64,000 nt of DNA from the human T2T-CHM13v2.0 reference genome, Homo sapiens, in assembly GCF_009914755.1 (NCBI RefSeq), contig NC_060942.1; one strand, given 5' to 3'. The notes beneath the pieces were generated by a model. The model had not been told where the DNA came from and did not search any database. It worked only from the letters and a program-made list of their open reading frames with translations. The position numbers were made by a program, and so were the translations under genes. This document shows positions 41,978-56,514 of the stretch, piece after piece. Position 1 is the stretch's first letter; every line of letters starts with the position of its first letter.

Positions 41978-43809
41978 CACAAGCAGAAGCTTACTGGGAG
42001 ATACACACACATATTCTATATACCTGGGCAGTGGGGACAGGCGAACAGCTGCAGTCAGGGCTGGTGTGGGATTCTGCTTCCTCATGCACATTGGGAACAG
42101 TCTGAGCTCTAGCTGAGATATCTAAATCCAGTGACGGGAAGAAGCCCTGCCTGTCATTTCCCTTTAGGGATGACAAGAGAAAACTACAGTGCAGCCTGCT
42201 TCTTTCTCCTTTTCCCCAGGGCTCCCTGGAGGAGGGAATGCATCCCTGCTCTCAGGCCTGAATGTCCTGGATGAAATGGAAAGGCTGTGGACAGGCTGTG
42301 CGCTGGGCTAGGAATGGCCCCCGTTCATCTTTATGTTCATTTCTGGAGAGGGTCCTTAGCCTGCAAGGTTCTTGGGGGCAGAAAGGGAGTCAGATTTGCT
42401 TTGGTCATAATTGTGTTCACAGCTTTGAGCACAGAGTTTGACACATACAGAGTACTCATTAAATATCTGTTGAACTAATGGATGCGAGGATGCCTACGGA
42501 AATTGAATAATTTTCAGATGTTTTTCACTCCAGACTCTGGGAGCAGCTCCCGGTGAAAGAGAAGAGAGGCGTCTGATGGAGGAAGTAGGAGCAGGCTTTC
42601 ATTTTCCCTCTTGTCTAGGCCTGGCTTGGTGCTGTGCCCTTCAGTTCATTCAATGCGATCTGGTCCTTCGCACACAGGCTTTGTAAATAGAAGTATCTCT
42701 GCCTATGTCCTGCTCCCCTACTTCCAAGCAGTATAAGGTTGGTCTAGTGACTTACCCTCAGTGAGCCTCTCTTGCCTCATCTGTAACTTAGAGATAATAG
42801 CAGTTCTCCGCTTGGTTCTTAAAGTTTTAGAGGATTACATGAAATAATGCATAATGAGTAAAGAGGCCAAGAGATTTTCCCAAGAAGCTTGTAGTTGGAG
42901 GGTCACATAGAAGGGTAAACAAGCAAAGATAGAACAATGTCAGTGTCACAGCAGAAACATAAATGAAATAATATATGCAAACTCCTAGCCTAATGCCTGG
43001 AACTTGAGAGGGGATTCAATAAATAGGAGTTCCCTTCTCCTTATGAAAGTGCCATGGAACTCTAGAGGAGGGATGGGCATGGGAGAAAAGCTAGGCATAC
43101 ATTTTGAGCCATAGCAGGAGGAGGTTAAACAAGTTTATATTTGAGGACCTCAATTTGCTGCTTGTAATAGAGGACAATGTCATTTCCAGAGGGAAGGAAG
43201 AAAATGCAGATAAGATTTGGACTTGGGAAGGGTGGGGAGAGTATGGGAGTTCATGTGGGAAACGGGGAATAGAAACGAATGGGAATGAGAATGTGCATGC
43301 TAACATACAGCTAAGATTGAACTTAACTTTTTTTTTTTCTTCTAGAGAAGTATCTAGGCCTTTTCCTGGTTTTCCACTGCACTATAGATCCATGGTTGCA
43401 AGAGGCAGGCCTTGTGCAAGTTGAGCTGTCAAGAGGGCAAGGATGTTGATATCATTGGTGAGAGCGCAGGTGACTTAGTGTGGTCTGAGGTGGTTGGAGA
43501 GGATTGTGAATCCAGACAGTGGGGAGCAGATGAGGAAAAGGAGCTGGTGGACTGGGACTATGAGGAGGGAGGGAGAAGGGAAGAAGGCAAAGTAGAAGGG
43601 CAGGAAACTGGGCTCAGACAAGATGATCGCAGAGTTTTCTATTTTGCAGAAATAGAAGTTCTGGCGGGATAAGATATTCATTCTGTAGTGAGGCTGTGTG
43701 AATGGGTTGCTGAAGGAGACGTGAGGTCCTTGGGCACTGAATTTACCCAGGGTGAGGGCAGAGGGTGAGGCAGACTGGAAACAGAGCCATGTGGAAAATC
43801 CTTGCTACT

Positions 43810-44216
43810 TGTTATGGATTGAATTGTTTCCACCAAAACATAGGTTGAAGTCCTAATCCCCAGTACCCCAGAATGTGAGCTTATGTGGAGATAGAGTCAC
43901 TAAAGCTGCAATTAGGTAAGTTAAGGTGAAGTTATCCCAGGGAAGGTGGCCCCAATCCAATATGACTGGTGTCCTTGTAAGAGGGAAGTCCACGTGATGA
44001 CCCAGAGATACACAAGAAGATGGTCATATGAGGACAGAGGCAGAGACTGGGGTGATGCAAGGAAGGATTCACCCCTGCAAGTTTCAGAGGCAGCACCGCC
44101 CTGCTGACACCAGGATACTAGATTTGAGCCTCCTGAAGGCGAGAGGATAAACTTCTGTTATGTTAGGCCGGTTAGTCTGTGGTACTTTGTTACAGCAGTC
44201 CTAGGAAATTAACACA
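43810..44216 (+). mobile_element. MLT1C-like MaLR solo LTR
   Basis: tgttatggattgaattg...gtggtactttgttacagcagtcctaggaaattaacaca. Confidence 0.85.
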
Positions 44217-45126
44217 CCCCTGTTCCCCCTTGATTCAGCTCCACTCATCCTTTAAGGCCCACTCAGCCTCAGCTTCTCCAGCGAGCCTTTCCGATCCCAC
44301 TGGTCACACTGACCTCCTCTGTCTGCCTTCTCAGAATTCCAATGATGCTTGAAGCCTGGCACAATTATGCATAATTTTGGCAGGTAATTTCAATCTGTTT
44401 TATGATTTTTCTTCAGCTCGATTCAAGATTTGTCTTTACCTAAGGTGTAAGTACCTGAACTTCTTGAATTTCTCGCACCGCTTAAGGCAGTGCTCAGCAT
44501 CGATTAGCTCCTTGCTCGCTACTTGTGAACATCTTGCTGGCAGTTATGTGATACAGTTTCAACTTGATCCTCTCATCTAGGTCACTTGCAGTGCACTTTT
44601 CTGGGGCGCCACTACCCTGCTGGGGTTTGAATACTAATAGGCTTGCTTGGCTCATTATGGAAAACTATAAAATGCACAATAGTCTGAAAAGTCATAATGT
44701 ATTTTTTTGAGTTGAGAGCAATGTTTTTTAACCATGAGAACAATTAAAATGCAGGAGTGCTCAGTTTTAAGAAAACCCCAATACCAAAGTACACACACAA
44801 CTGATTCAATGGTAGAGGGGTGAGAAGAAATAATTATTAGCACAAGGATTAAAAAAAATCAATTACCTTATTCTTTAGTGCATCTTTTTTTTTCTTCTTT
44901 AATAACTAAAAAATTGTATTTATACAGCTTTCTGAGTGCATGTATTGTATAAAATGAGGTACAGTTGTACTGTAAATGAACAAAACTTGGGAAAATTAGG
45001 AGGCAGAACCTTTGTATAAAAGGGCTTTATGAATAAATACATGCAGGTCTGGGCAGATAATATCCTTGAAAGTTTGCCAAAAACTGGTAATGGCGATTGT
45101 GTCTGAAGAGGGAACTGGAGAACTAG

Positions 45127-45487
<361 letters not shown>

Positions 45488-48400
45488 ATGCTGTTTAATT
45501 TTTTTTTTTTTTTAAACCATGTATTCACAAGAGAGAGTGAGAGAAAGGAAGGGAGAAAAAGGAAGGAGGAAAAAAGGAAAGAGGGAAGAAATAAAAGTAG
45601 CTGAGGCTGGAGGACATTTAGAAAGCAAAAAGAAGATTGTTAAAATGATGAATGGTTGACACTCAGATGTGAGGTGGAAGCCTGTGCTTAAACACAGGCA
45701 GGGAGAAGTGCACATGTGTGCCCACACATGCACACACACACATGTAAACACATGCATGCATGAACACACACCCTTCATGATCGGGTCTGCTGTGCTTCAA
45801 AAAGCCCTATGCTCATTAGGCTTTTCATGGGGCAAGATGAAGTCATTCATAATGTCAATCTAACTGCCCAGGCAGGATTTCCCTGCTGGCTGAATTGATC
45901 TGTGTCTGCATCCCAATCCCTCTTCACAGGGAGCCTCAGTCACTTGGCCCCTACAAATACCACACACCATCTCTTGGGTCCTCTTCCCCTGGAAGAACCT
46001 TTCCCCACATCATTTCTCCTTCCTACAGGTCTCAAACTATGCCTTTCTTAATGAATTTCAGGCAGCAGGTAATAGAATGAGAGCATTTTAGAGCTCAAGG
46101 GGACACTGAAAACAATGGGCTCCAATCTTCCTACATTGGATAGTTCACAGTGAGAGAACTTACCTTAGGTCAAACACCTCAGTGAATGTATAAGCTAGTT
46201 AAATGTCAGAGCTGGGCCTAAGCTCCAGGGCTGTTAACCCCATCCAGTACTCTTTCCACACCGACACCATATGACACACCTCTCCCTACATCCGAGTGAT
46301 GGACAGAACAGGGAACCTTACTGGGAATGTTATGGAGAAAAGTGTTTCCAATTCCGACAGCAGTAGACCTGAACTGTTGACAAGGCTTCCTTGAAAAGAT
46401 CATTCACTTGAATGCATTGGCTAACTCCCTTGAAGGAACAGCTTTGGGATGCCTCACTGGTCAGTGATTTGGCTTTTAATCTTCTCTGGGCCGTTCCTGA
46501 TTCTTCACTGCATTCATCTCAGCCAGTCCAATGCCTGACACATAGTAGGCACATCACAAATTTGTGAGGAGTTAATGCATTGTTTTATCATTTATACAGG
46601 AGGGAGATATCCAATCCCTCTCTTTGGTTTTACAACCAGACTGCATTCATTTTGAAGAAGAATCCAGATGAAAAGAGATGTTAAAGACAGAGAAAAGGCA
46701 GAAGCAGAGTCTGTGTGCACTCATCTTCTGGTGTGTGTGTGCAATCAATGGGAGACACGGAGACCTAGAATTGGCTCCATACTCTCTGGCCCTCAGTAAC
46801 ACTGGAATGACAACTTCTCTGGACTCAGTGGCATGGCACCATTTGGGGAAAGAAAGTAGCTTTGAGGGAGGTGGGTGGACAGACAGCAGGGCCATGTTTT
46901 CTGAGGCAGCTTGTGGGAGAAAAGAACACCAGCTGGGACATGAAACAGTCCAGGAACCAAGAACACATGCTAAAAGGCATGAAAATTGGCAAGTATGGTG
47001 AAGATATGTTAGAGAAACACAGGGACACAGATGCATTGAGAGCTGCAAGACAATGGAGTTGGCCATCTCCCTCCTCCTGACTCCAAAGCAGCTGAAGCAA
47101 ACACAGTCTTCTTTTGCTATAGATCTGAAGAGATGGCTACAGTGCAGAGTGTCTGTGGACTGAAGTAATAACCTGAGCTCCTTGGCCATCGAGACTCATG
47201 TACATCATCATTCTCTCAACTCAGTGAGAATTTTACAGAACCATGTTCCCTGCCCCAGAAAAATATAAACAAGGAATGCAGCAAACTCTATGTGGGAGGG
47301 AAGCTTTTTTTTCCCTAGTCATATGCCCTTTCCTCTTAGAACCAGAGCCTAAAGAAAGGTTTGAGTTTACCTGGTCTAACCTTCATTTTATAAGTGAAGA
47401 TATCAAGGTCTAAAGAAAGGACTGTGACATTCCCAGGGTCACGAAACCAGCAAGAGATGGAAACAGTAGTCAAAACCAGGTCTTCCTGTTTGAAACCGCA
47501 TGCACTTCTAAGTCTAGCAGTAACCTCACTGCAGCTTCCGCTGGGCATCTTGGGGTTCAAGGTCAACATGTAAACCATTGTGAGCATCAGTGCAATGCTG
47601 CACAAGATGGTCACCAGTGTTCTTTGCAGAATGACAAATCAAGCCCTAGTTTCCTTGTGTTGTTTCACTTGCTTATTCCAAGCCCTCTTTCTTGGTGTCT
47701 GGTTTCCTCTTGTTCCATGCCTGCCTCATGCAGTCTCTAGTATCTGAATGCCCAGGGAATGTGTCCACGTGGCCAGCCTTCCTTCTCTTGAAGTGTCTAG
47801 AAGCCACTTTTTCCTCTGAAACTTGGGTTATGGTTCAGAACTTTTATTTCTCCCCAGCAAAGCGGCACTCCACTACATGGTTTGAGCAATTTACCAGGTT
47901 GCATGAATGATTTGCATTTAACCCTACAAGAATTAAGCCTGTTAGCCCTTCTGACTCATTCATTGGTATGCTGTCTACTTCGCTGGTGCATCCTTTCCAA
48001 TTATCCCTCTCTTATGTCCTAAGGGCTGGGAGGGAGGAGGCAACAACTTGGCACAAGAGAACAACTCCTGGTGTAGTTGATGGTGAGGCAGGGGTAGGGG
48101 AGCATGCATTACTAGGTTCCCTTTTTATCCCTTGAGTCTCTAGTGTTCCCCGGGTTCCTTATGCCCACCTACTTCATTTTAGGTACAACTAATGTCTAGT
48201 GAATCCTTCCTTGAGCAGTGTCTGGGAGTCACAGACACATTGTCTTATCCATTCTCTCTACTTGGGATACAGGCTTTATCCCCCATACTGCAGGCTTAGA
48301 AAAATGAGGTGCCCTGTTAATAAAAGAAGTGGGATTTTCACTAAGGTTGAAGTCTACTGCACTTCTTAGGGCACGATTCTGCCTCCCCAGATCAAGTGCT

Positions 48401-49074
48401 TTTTGGCCTTGCTTCTTCTTTGATTCTCGTAATGAATTCTCCTTTTCAAAATTACTGGCTGGGACATTGACTTTTTGTGGGTGAATGATGTAACCTTGCT
48501 TATTCTAAAGGGAAAATTGAGTAAGAGAGAGACCATCTGATTTCAGTGTGTAGTGCAGTGTTAATGGTAAATACTAACCTATAGAATCATCATCATCTTG
48601 CCTGACCTCCCAGAAGTGCTTGGAAAGGGAATTTGTGGGTTAATTAGAAAAAGCATTGCATAGATGTTCAGCATTGTTTTTGTCTGCGATGAACTGAATG
48701 ACCAAGGGGACTACCCAAGCTAGCCCTAGGAAGGCAAGTTGCTGGGTCAGCCTGACATAGATGGCTGTGGCTGATGGAATTCAGCCAAGACAATGGCCCT
48801 GCCTCCCTCTCTAACTACAAGGCCCTGGGACAGATTCAGGAGCTTAATGGGAAACACCAGCGTGGAGCTTGTAGCACCGTGCAAAGAACACAGGCTAGAA
48901 TCCAGAGACCTGGATTCTCTCAGGCCACTGGAAATGTCTTTCCCAGGCCCGAGTTAGGCTATATAGCCTTTCCACTTCTCACATTCTAGGTTTCTGTAGC
49001 TGTGGTCTCTGTTTCATATCACAGATTTAAAAAATGCTTGAGCTAGTATTCACCTCTTCCTTTAGTGTTTTCCT

Positions 49075-49387
49075 CAATAGGTCAAACATTTTCACATGAT
49101 ACCCTTTCTAGACCCAAACCCTCTGCTCTCAAATACCAACTACTGAACTCTGCCATGGCAGCCAAATATAGCCATAGACAATATGTAAATGAATGCAGGT
49201 GGTTGTGTTCCAACAGAACTTTATTTATGGGCACTGGCATTAGAATTTTATGTAATTTTCACATATAAAATATTATTCATCTTTTGCTTTTAAAAATTAT
49301 TTTAAAGTGTAAAAAGCCATACTTAGCTCTTGGGATCTACAAATACAGGTGGTGGGCTGAATTCAGCCTGCAGTTTTCCAAACTTTG
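49075..49387. mobile_element. MER58B-like hAT MITE
   Basis: gccatagacaatatgtaaatgaatg...tgtgttccaacagaactttatttatgggcactg...acaggtggtgggctgaatt. Confidence 0.75.
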
Positions 49388-49479
49388 ATTTAACCCACAG
49401 CAATGGGGCACCTGGCTATAATCTCTAGGCATCATCATAAGCTATTAGTTCCTGCATTTCTGGAACTTTCTGGAACTGG

Positions 49480-49807
49480 TGGCTGCTCTTAGCTTCTAGA
49501 GACCTCTAGTCCTTCCACGCTGCTACGCCTCAGAGCCAGCAATGGACATCGACTCCTTCTCATGCTTGGAATCATTCCACTTTCCTCTTCTGACACATCT
49601 CTTTGGTTTCAGCCAGAAAAAATTATCTGCTTTTAAGGGCTCACGTGGTTATACTGGGTCTACCTATATAGTCCAGGAGAATTTCGTCATCTTAAGGTCC
49701 ATAACTTTACATCAGCAAAGTTCTTTTGCAACATAACACAACGTACTCATAGGTTCCAGGGATTAGGGTATAAACATCTTTGAGAAAATGTTATTTCACC
49801 TACCACA
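49480..49807 (-). mobile_element. MLT1 (E/G-like) LTR, 5' part
   Basis: ctgcttttaagggctcacgtg...ggttccagggattaggg...cctaccaca. Confidence 0.65.
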
Positions 49808-49939
49808 GTGCATTAGGAAACCTAAACCACTGGACAGAGATGACATATATGCCAAGATACCTCTTCTTATGAAGCTATTCCTTATCTTCCCAACCTACTC
49901 CCTCATCTAAACTCTCATAACGGTTTGTCCTAAGCATAG

Positions 49940-50253
<314 letters not shown>

Positions 50254-50327
50254 CTAAGCATTACTCTTGATGTCTGTGTTGGTTTTTGCTCCTTATTACT
50301 TTTCTGCTTCAAGTTACTGCATCCCTT

Positions 50328-50830
50328 TGTGAAGCAAATTCACTGTGCATGAGTTTCCAACTTCTCTGAGTCTGGTGAGACAAAATATAGTCACATGTGA
50401 CAAGTTATATGAAGGGGAATTATTAGTTACAGATGTGAAGCAAGAGAAAACAGAATCCTAGGATTCATTGTGAGCCAGTCCCCCAGGGCTCAGAAAGTTT
50501 CCCTGGGACAGATTGAGTCTCAATTTCACTTGAACCACAGATTAGGGATCCTAAAAGTTAGCCCACCCTGGTTATGTAACTCAGGGTGTACTTGATTCAC
50601 TAGGCTAAAGTTTGAAGGACATCCTGCTTCTAGAGGAGAGAGAAACAAGGCCCAGCTCTTACCCCCTAACTCAAGACGTTACAATCTCTAAAAGCAACAG
50701 GAGCAAGACCCGAGCTGTTTCAGGCAGTTTCTCCCTGTCTTAGGATACTGTATTCCCAGCACATTCTATAATTATTCTTGAGAATTACAAACAAGAAAGG
50801 GGAGAGAAACAGCCAGAGGATTGCCCTGTA
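50328..50830 (-). mobile_element. ERVL-class solo LTR (MER54/MER73/MER74-like)
   Basis: tgtgaagcaaattcactgtgc...ttcccagcacattctataattattcttgagaattacaa; subfamily uncertain. Confidence 0.6.
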
Positions 50831-51510
50831 CCTTTTCTTTGGGATTCATCTCACACTTATATTCACTCAGAGGGATTGTCATCTCATGAACACAGGGGAG
50901 GGCATGTGACCCAGCTGAGCTGATCAGAGCTCCTCATTCTCTCCGAATATTGATTAGGCCATGTATTGAACATATGACTTAAGTGAACCAATAAGTCTTC
51001 CCTGAAATTGACTTATGGATGTTGGGAGAAAGAAACTCTATTTTTGTTGTGTTTGTTGATTCAAATTGTGACTCTGGAGCTTCCAGCAGGCATCTTTGCT
51101 GCCATATGGAGAAAGTCATCTGCAGTATGAAAGCAAGGGGAGGGAAGATAAGAAACATCAATTTTGCATCCTATTGTTTCTCCTGTGCCTAGCACAGTGT
51201 GTGGCCCATAATAGCTGCTCAGTGAATATTTGTTGACTGAATAGAATTCCGCTCATTTTGAGATCCAGTTCTAGTCTATAAAGTCTTGGTTCTTCCAGCT
51301 CATCCTTCTATCCCATGAGATACCTCATTACCTTTTCCAGCTAGGAAACTCAATACATTGCTTTATTCTCCTTAGACCATGTTGAGTTGGGTTTCAATTG
51401 CTTGCAACAGAAAGAATTCTGGAGAAGATAGTGATGCATCACACAACTGCTCTATATTTGACTTATAATGCTTCTCCCACTAGACTATAAGCCTTTTAAG
51501 AGCAAGGATT

Positions 51511-51816
<306 letters not shown>

Positions 51817-52479
51817 GCAATGATTGAGTCCCTTACATCTTTATTTCTCCCACAGTAATGGAAACTTCGTTAAGTGTTTGAGTTACAGGGCATTGAGGCA
51901 CACTGGTAAGAGAGGCATGTTGTGCAGGAGAAAGAGAGACCACATGATGATAAGAAAGAGATGGAGAAGCAAAATGGGTGCAAAGGAGTCTGTAAAGAAA
52001 TATGTGTGCTCACACGTGAGAGTTCAAGCAACAGAAAAACTCAGGAGAAAGAGGTGGCGAGTTTTGGCTTTTACCCTACTGCCTGCTTATTTCTGTCTAT
52101 GTCTTTCTGTCTGACTAGCTAACCAACAGTAATAGACACTTGGCCATCATTTCTAGGCACCATCACAGGCTGTTACTTTCTATCTTTCTGGAGCTTCTCT
52201 TCATCTAAGCCAATTCAGACAAAGTGAGTAAACCTCCTTCCTCCCCACCCCATGCTAGGAACTGGCTGGAGCACCTACTGTTGCTGCAGGTCTGGTTGTG
52301 TACATACTTTGTGCATACTCCCCCACACCCCACACCCCACCATGCCTATTTCCTTTATGGCCATTCTCCATCTCTGGGTTCCCAAAAAATTCATCCTCAC
52401 CCAGATCAGCACCTATTGTCTTTTTCCTTACCCCCTGGGAAAAAGGAAGATTTATAAAATGATTCATTTAAAGAGAAAC

Positions 52480-52597
52480 ATCAATTTTTATGGATTTAGG
52501 GGTACAAGTGCCATTGTGTTACATGGATAAATTGTGTAGTGGTGAAGTCTAGGCTTTTAGTGTAACCATCACCCGAATAGTGTACATTGTACCAATA
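52480..52597 (-). mobile_element. L1PB-like 3' end fragment
   Basis: gatttaggggtacaagtg...agtggtgaagtctaggcttttagtgtaaccatcacccgaatagtgtacattgtacc. Confidence 0.8.
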
Positions 52598-55500
52598 TGA
52601 AATTACTTCTGTCGTTGAGGTGGTGGTGAGAGTGGAAGGTAGGAGAGGAAACCTCTTCCTAGCTTGATTCACTTGAGTGGATAGGGCTCTTCATTCACGC
52701 TGTCACATTGGCATATTAACCACTAGTCCAGCTAGTGGTTAATCATTATTTGCGTAGTGGTTGCAATAATACTACTGATATTATGGGGTCACTTAAGAGG
52801 ACTAAATGATGGAAAACATTATTCAATAACATAAAACATGGAAAGTGCTTATAACAAAGTGTTCAATGAACATAACCTATTATTATTTTTATTATTACAC
52901 ATTTTTACTATTCTTTTCCAAAGTGACTGAAGCTGTCAGGTTGGCCCAGCTCCCAAATGTTTTGTCAATTTAAAGATATGCTTCATAATAAGGTGAAGAG
53001 TAAGTGTAAAATTTCTATTTACTCTTATGGAAAATTTTGATGCACGGGGCTACTTGTGCAGAGGTCGGACTATTAAGGGGTAAGGCTGGTGTGTAAATGT
53101 GGCTCATATTTGACTCTGATGAATCACACCGGATTCTGAAAGATGGATTTCAGACACAAAGGAAGCATGATCAATTCAGGAGTTCTGAGGAAAATTATTA
53201 CTATCTTACTTTCTGAGTGCCAAGAAAGAGAATCGTAAGTAATTTTTAATATGACTAGGGATTTCTTTAGTCCATTTGGAGAAAATGTTTTATCTTCTCT
53301 TTTATATCATGGTCATTTTAAGATGAAGTATTAGCTTTTACATTTCAATCTCATGTCACAAAATCCAACTTTATCACTTTGATTTTATATACTGTCTTCA
53401 GCACATTTGCAATGAGAAATTACAGAAGAATTACTGCTAGGGAGGAGATTTCAAGACTTCCAAAAGTTGATCATGAAGGAATTATAAAAAAATAAGCTTC
53501 TGAGGTATTTTTTAAGAGTTTGCAGAGCTTTTAGAGCTTTGTGTTTTTCTCTAGAGCGGGGTAGATGCAGTTTGGAAAAGGTAGGTAACTGGACAGAGCT
53601 CTTTGATCATATTCATTCCAAGGAGTCCCCACTTCTCTGATTTTCTTCAAATACTATGCCAATAAGATACATCCTGAGACTTTCCTCTATATTATATTTA
53701 CATAGTGCCTCATTTTTCTTTCTAGACTCTAAACTTATTAAGAGGAGGAAGCACATCTTATATACAAGTGTCCATCTTTCCCAGTATCTAACCAAGAATC
53801 CTGTACATAACAGCACTGGATAAATAGGTGGATTTGTGGAAGTTGAACATCATGGAAAGGGTGATTCCAGATTTCTACACAAGACCACAGCCATAGTCCA
53901 TGGTCTAGATTTCACAGTCTAGATTTTCACTTACTAACTGAGTGGTTTGACCCTCAGTATTCCGATCATCTGGAAACTACGGGTGATTAACACTACCTTG
54001 CAGGAAAGATTAAGATACACACATGGTAGAGTCCTTACCTGGCATGAAACAAGCTCCAAGTTACGAAAGACTTTAAAATACCAACCTTTTACATAATATG
54101 GTGGGTCTTTTTGGGAAGGGGGTTATAACTTACAATGTATTTTCTTTTTCTCCCTGATTCTCATCAATTCTATGGCAGTCATCTTATATTCATTGGAGAG
54201 TTTGAGGTCTTAATTTGTTCTCCTTTCAAAGCAAAATCTAAGTATTCTTTGTGTCATAAAATGTTAGGGTTGGACAGAAAAATTTAAGTTGCCTTAAGTC
54301 CTTCTTTTAATGCAGAAACTGAGTCTGACTTTACTTTGGAAGGGTGCAGAGAGGCCTGGACCGTCAGGCCTGGACCGTAGGATTGGCTAAGTGAACAACT
54401 GGGAAATGGAGATTGTGCAGATTCTAGCAGGAGCTTGGAGGTGATGGAGGGGAAGGGGGACAGGAATGAGAGAAAGGGAAGTGGGAATTTGCTAGGTGTT
54501 TTAGAGATAATGAGAAGACAAGTCTGACTGGTGAGCTAGGGTGGGAAGGTGAAGACAGCCTGCATGTTATAAAGCCAACACTGTGCCAGGAGCTTTACTT
54601 CATGTTCATGGCAATTCCATCACATCCTTGATTCTCCATTCATTTCACAGATAAGGAAGCAGCTCATAAGAGTTAACCTGTCATTGGTCACCTCACCAGT
54701 ATGTTCTCCCATCTATATTATTCTGTGAAGGTTCAGAGGGGAACAATTCATTAATATTAGATAGAAAGGTTAGGTTGGACAATTTTGTAAAGGCTTCGAA
54801 GTCAGACTGAAGAGTATGTGCTCTCCTTATAGGCAATGATAACACTTTCAAAGTTTTCAGTTTGGGAGGTAGGTAGGGAATGAAGTTTATGATATAATAA
54901 AAGAAGTGAGTTAGGAAGAATTTAACCTGACAAGTGCAAATCCCTCAGCTCATCTTTGAAATGTCAGGTTTCCACTGTAGTTCCTGTCAATCCTAATTTG
55001 TTTATTAGGTTATACCCTTTCTCCAAGGGGAAGGGAGAAGGTGGAGTGTGTGAGGCTCCATTGAACCACACTTGCACTTATTAAAGGCATTGTAATGAGG
55101 TCTAAGAAGTTTTCCTTCTTGCTGCAGACAGAACCCAGAGCAGAGCAGGGCATGCTAATGCTTTCTTAGCAACATTGAACAATCGGGCCCAGGATACCAT
55201 TAGCAGCATTCATTCTGCATTTTTCATATCTCTCCCTTTCTAATTTTATCCCCTCAAGTCATGTACTAACTTCAGGGCTAGAAATGTTTTAGCTCACCAT
55301 TAATTTCTTTCCTGTTGAGGAATAGAGGTAAGTCATTGACAGTATTATATTATTGCTTATAATAAGTTTAATATGAAATAGAATTATGTGACAGGTCTTG
55401 GCAACTGTCTATTGCCTTGAAAATTAACACCTCACCTCCAACTTTGTGTTGATATTTAATAAGTGCTTTGCTTCATCATTTGTCTTTCAGCAGCACTGTT

Positions 55501-56027
55501 AGCCATCCCATTGTGCAATGGGAGCAGCTGACTGCTTAATTAGCCACGATGCATCTTGGCATGGGCCACCTTTCCTTTTCACACTGTGAGCCTGTTAAGT
55601 TCCAGATCCCCTGGCGTTGCCCTCTGAACTGCCAAGGTGACCCTGGGAAACATTTTAAGTAGGTAAAAGTTGTAGACAACATGCCTCTCTTTCTAGTGCC
55701 TTTATGCTGACCCTGGGCTGCCTAGCGATGCCAAACACAAAGGCTTCAGAAGGAATTGCCAAATTCTGGGGACTTTCTTGTCTGCCTTTTACTCTATTAA
55801 AACCTGCTGCTTCTTTTTCTTTTTTCCATTGCTGTAGGGTCTTGTTCTCGGCTGGATGACCATACGAGATAATAAGTACAAGTCAGTCCAAGAAATTTTA
55901 ATCTCCACTAATCAGTAGGTAAGCTAATGTATTAATCTTTCCAGGTAACACAATGCAGGCACCTTCTCTCTGTTTCTTCTCCTTCTTATAGAGAATTTAT
56001 AGCTTTAAGGCACCTAACAGACCATTC

Positions 56028-56447
56028 AAGTCCAAGCACCTGAGGTTCTGATTCAGTAAATCTGAGGTGGGGTTAGGAATCTGTACCTGGAAAAAATCTT
56101 CAGTTGACCCTCACATGTCACCCTGAGTAAGAAATACTACACTCTAAAAGAGAGACGCTAACATTCCACAATGCACAAAATACTTACATTTTGCCTTGAA
56201 AGTAGAACAAATTAAAACCTTAAGCTCTCCAAAAAATGTAAGATGACTGCCCTAGAATTGATGAGAATTGGGGAGAAAATGAAAATATATTGTAAGTTAT
56301 AATCCCCCTCCAAAAAACCCCATGTTAAAAAAAAAAACATATTTCTTACTCAGGGTGACATGTGAGGGTCAACTGAAGATTTTTCCAGATACGTACACTT
56401 AACTCCACCCCAGATTTACTGAATCAGAATATCTGGTGCTTGGACTT
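56028..56447. repeat. Inverted repeat of ~108-bp MER5-like arms (56028-56136 and 56340-56447) with a 203-bp spacer
   Basis: 56092-56136 is the exact reverse complement of 56340-56384; further perfect blocks of 19 and 13 bp lie outward. Confidence 0.95.
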
Positions 56448-56514
56448 TTGGAGAAACTTCCTAAACTTTATGAGGAACATGTCCAGAAAACGTACAGATA
56501 AGATTATAATCCAT

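Noticed and set aside
46647-47189. 180-aa minus-strand ORF
   Set aside because: No recognisable domain, and S/L/C-rich composition typical of antisense purine-rich non-coding DNA
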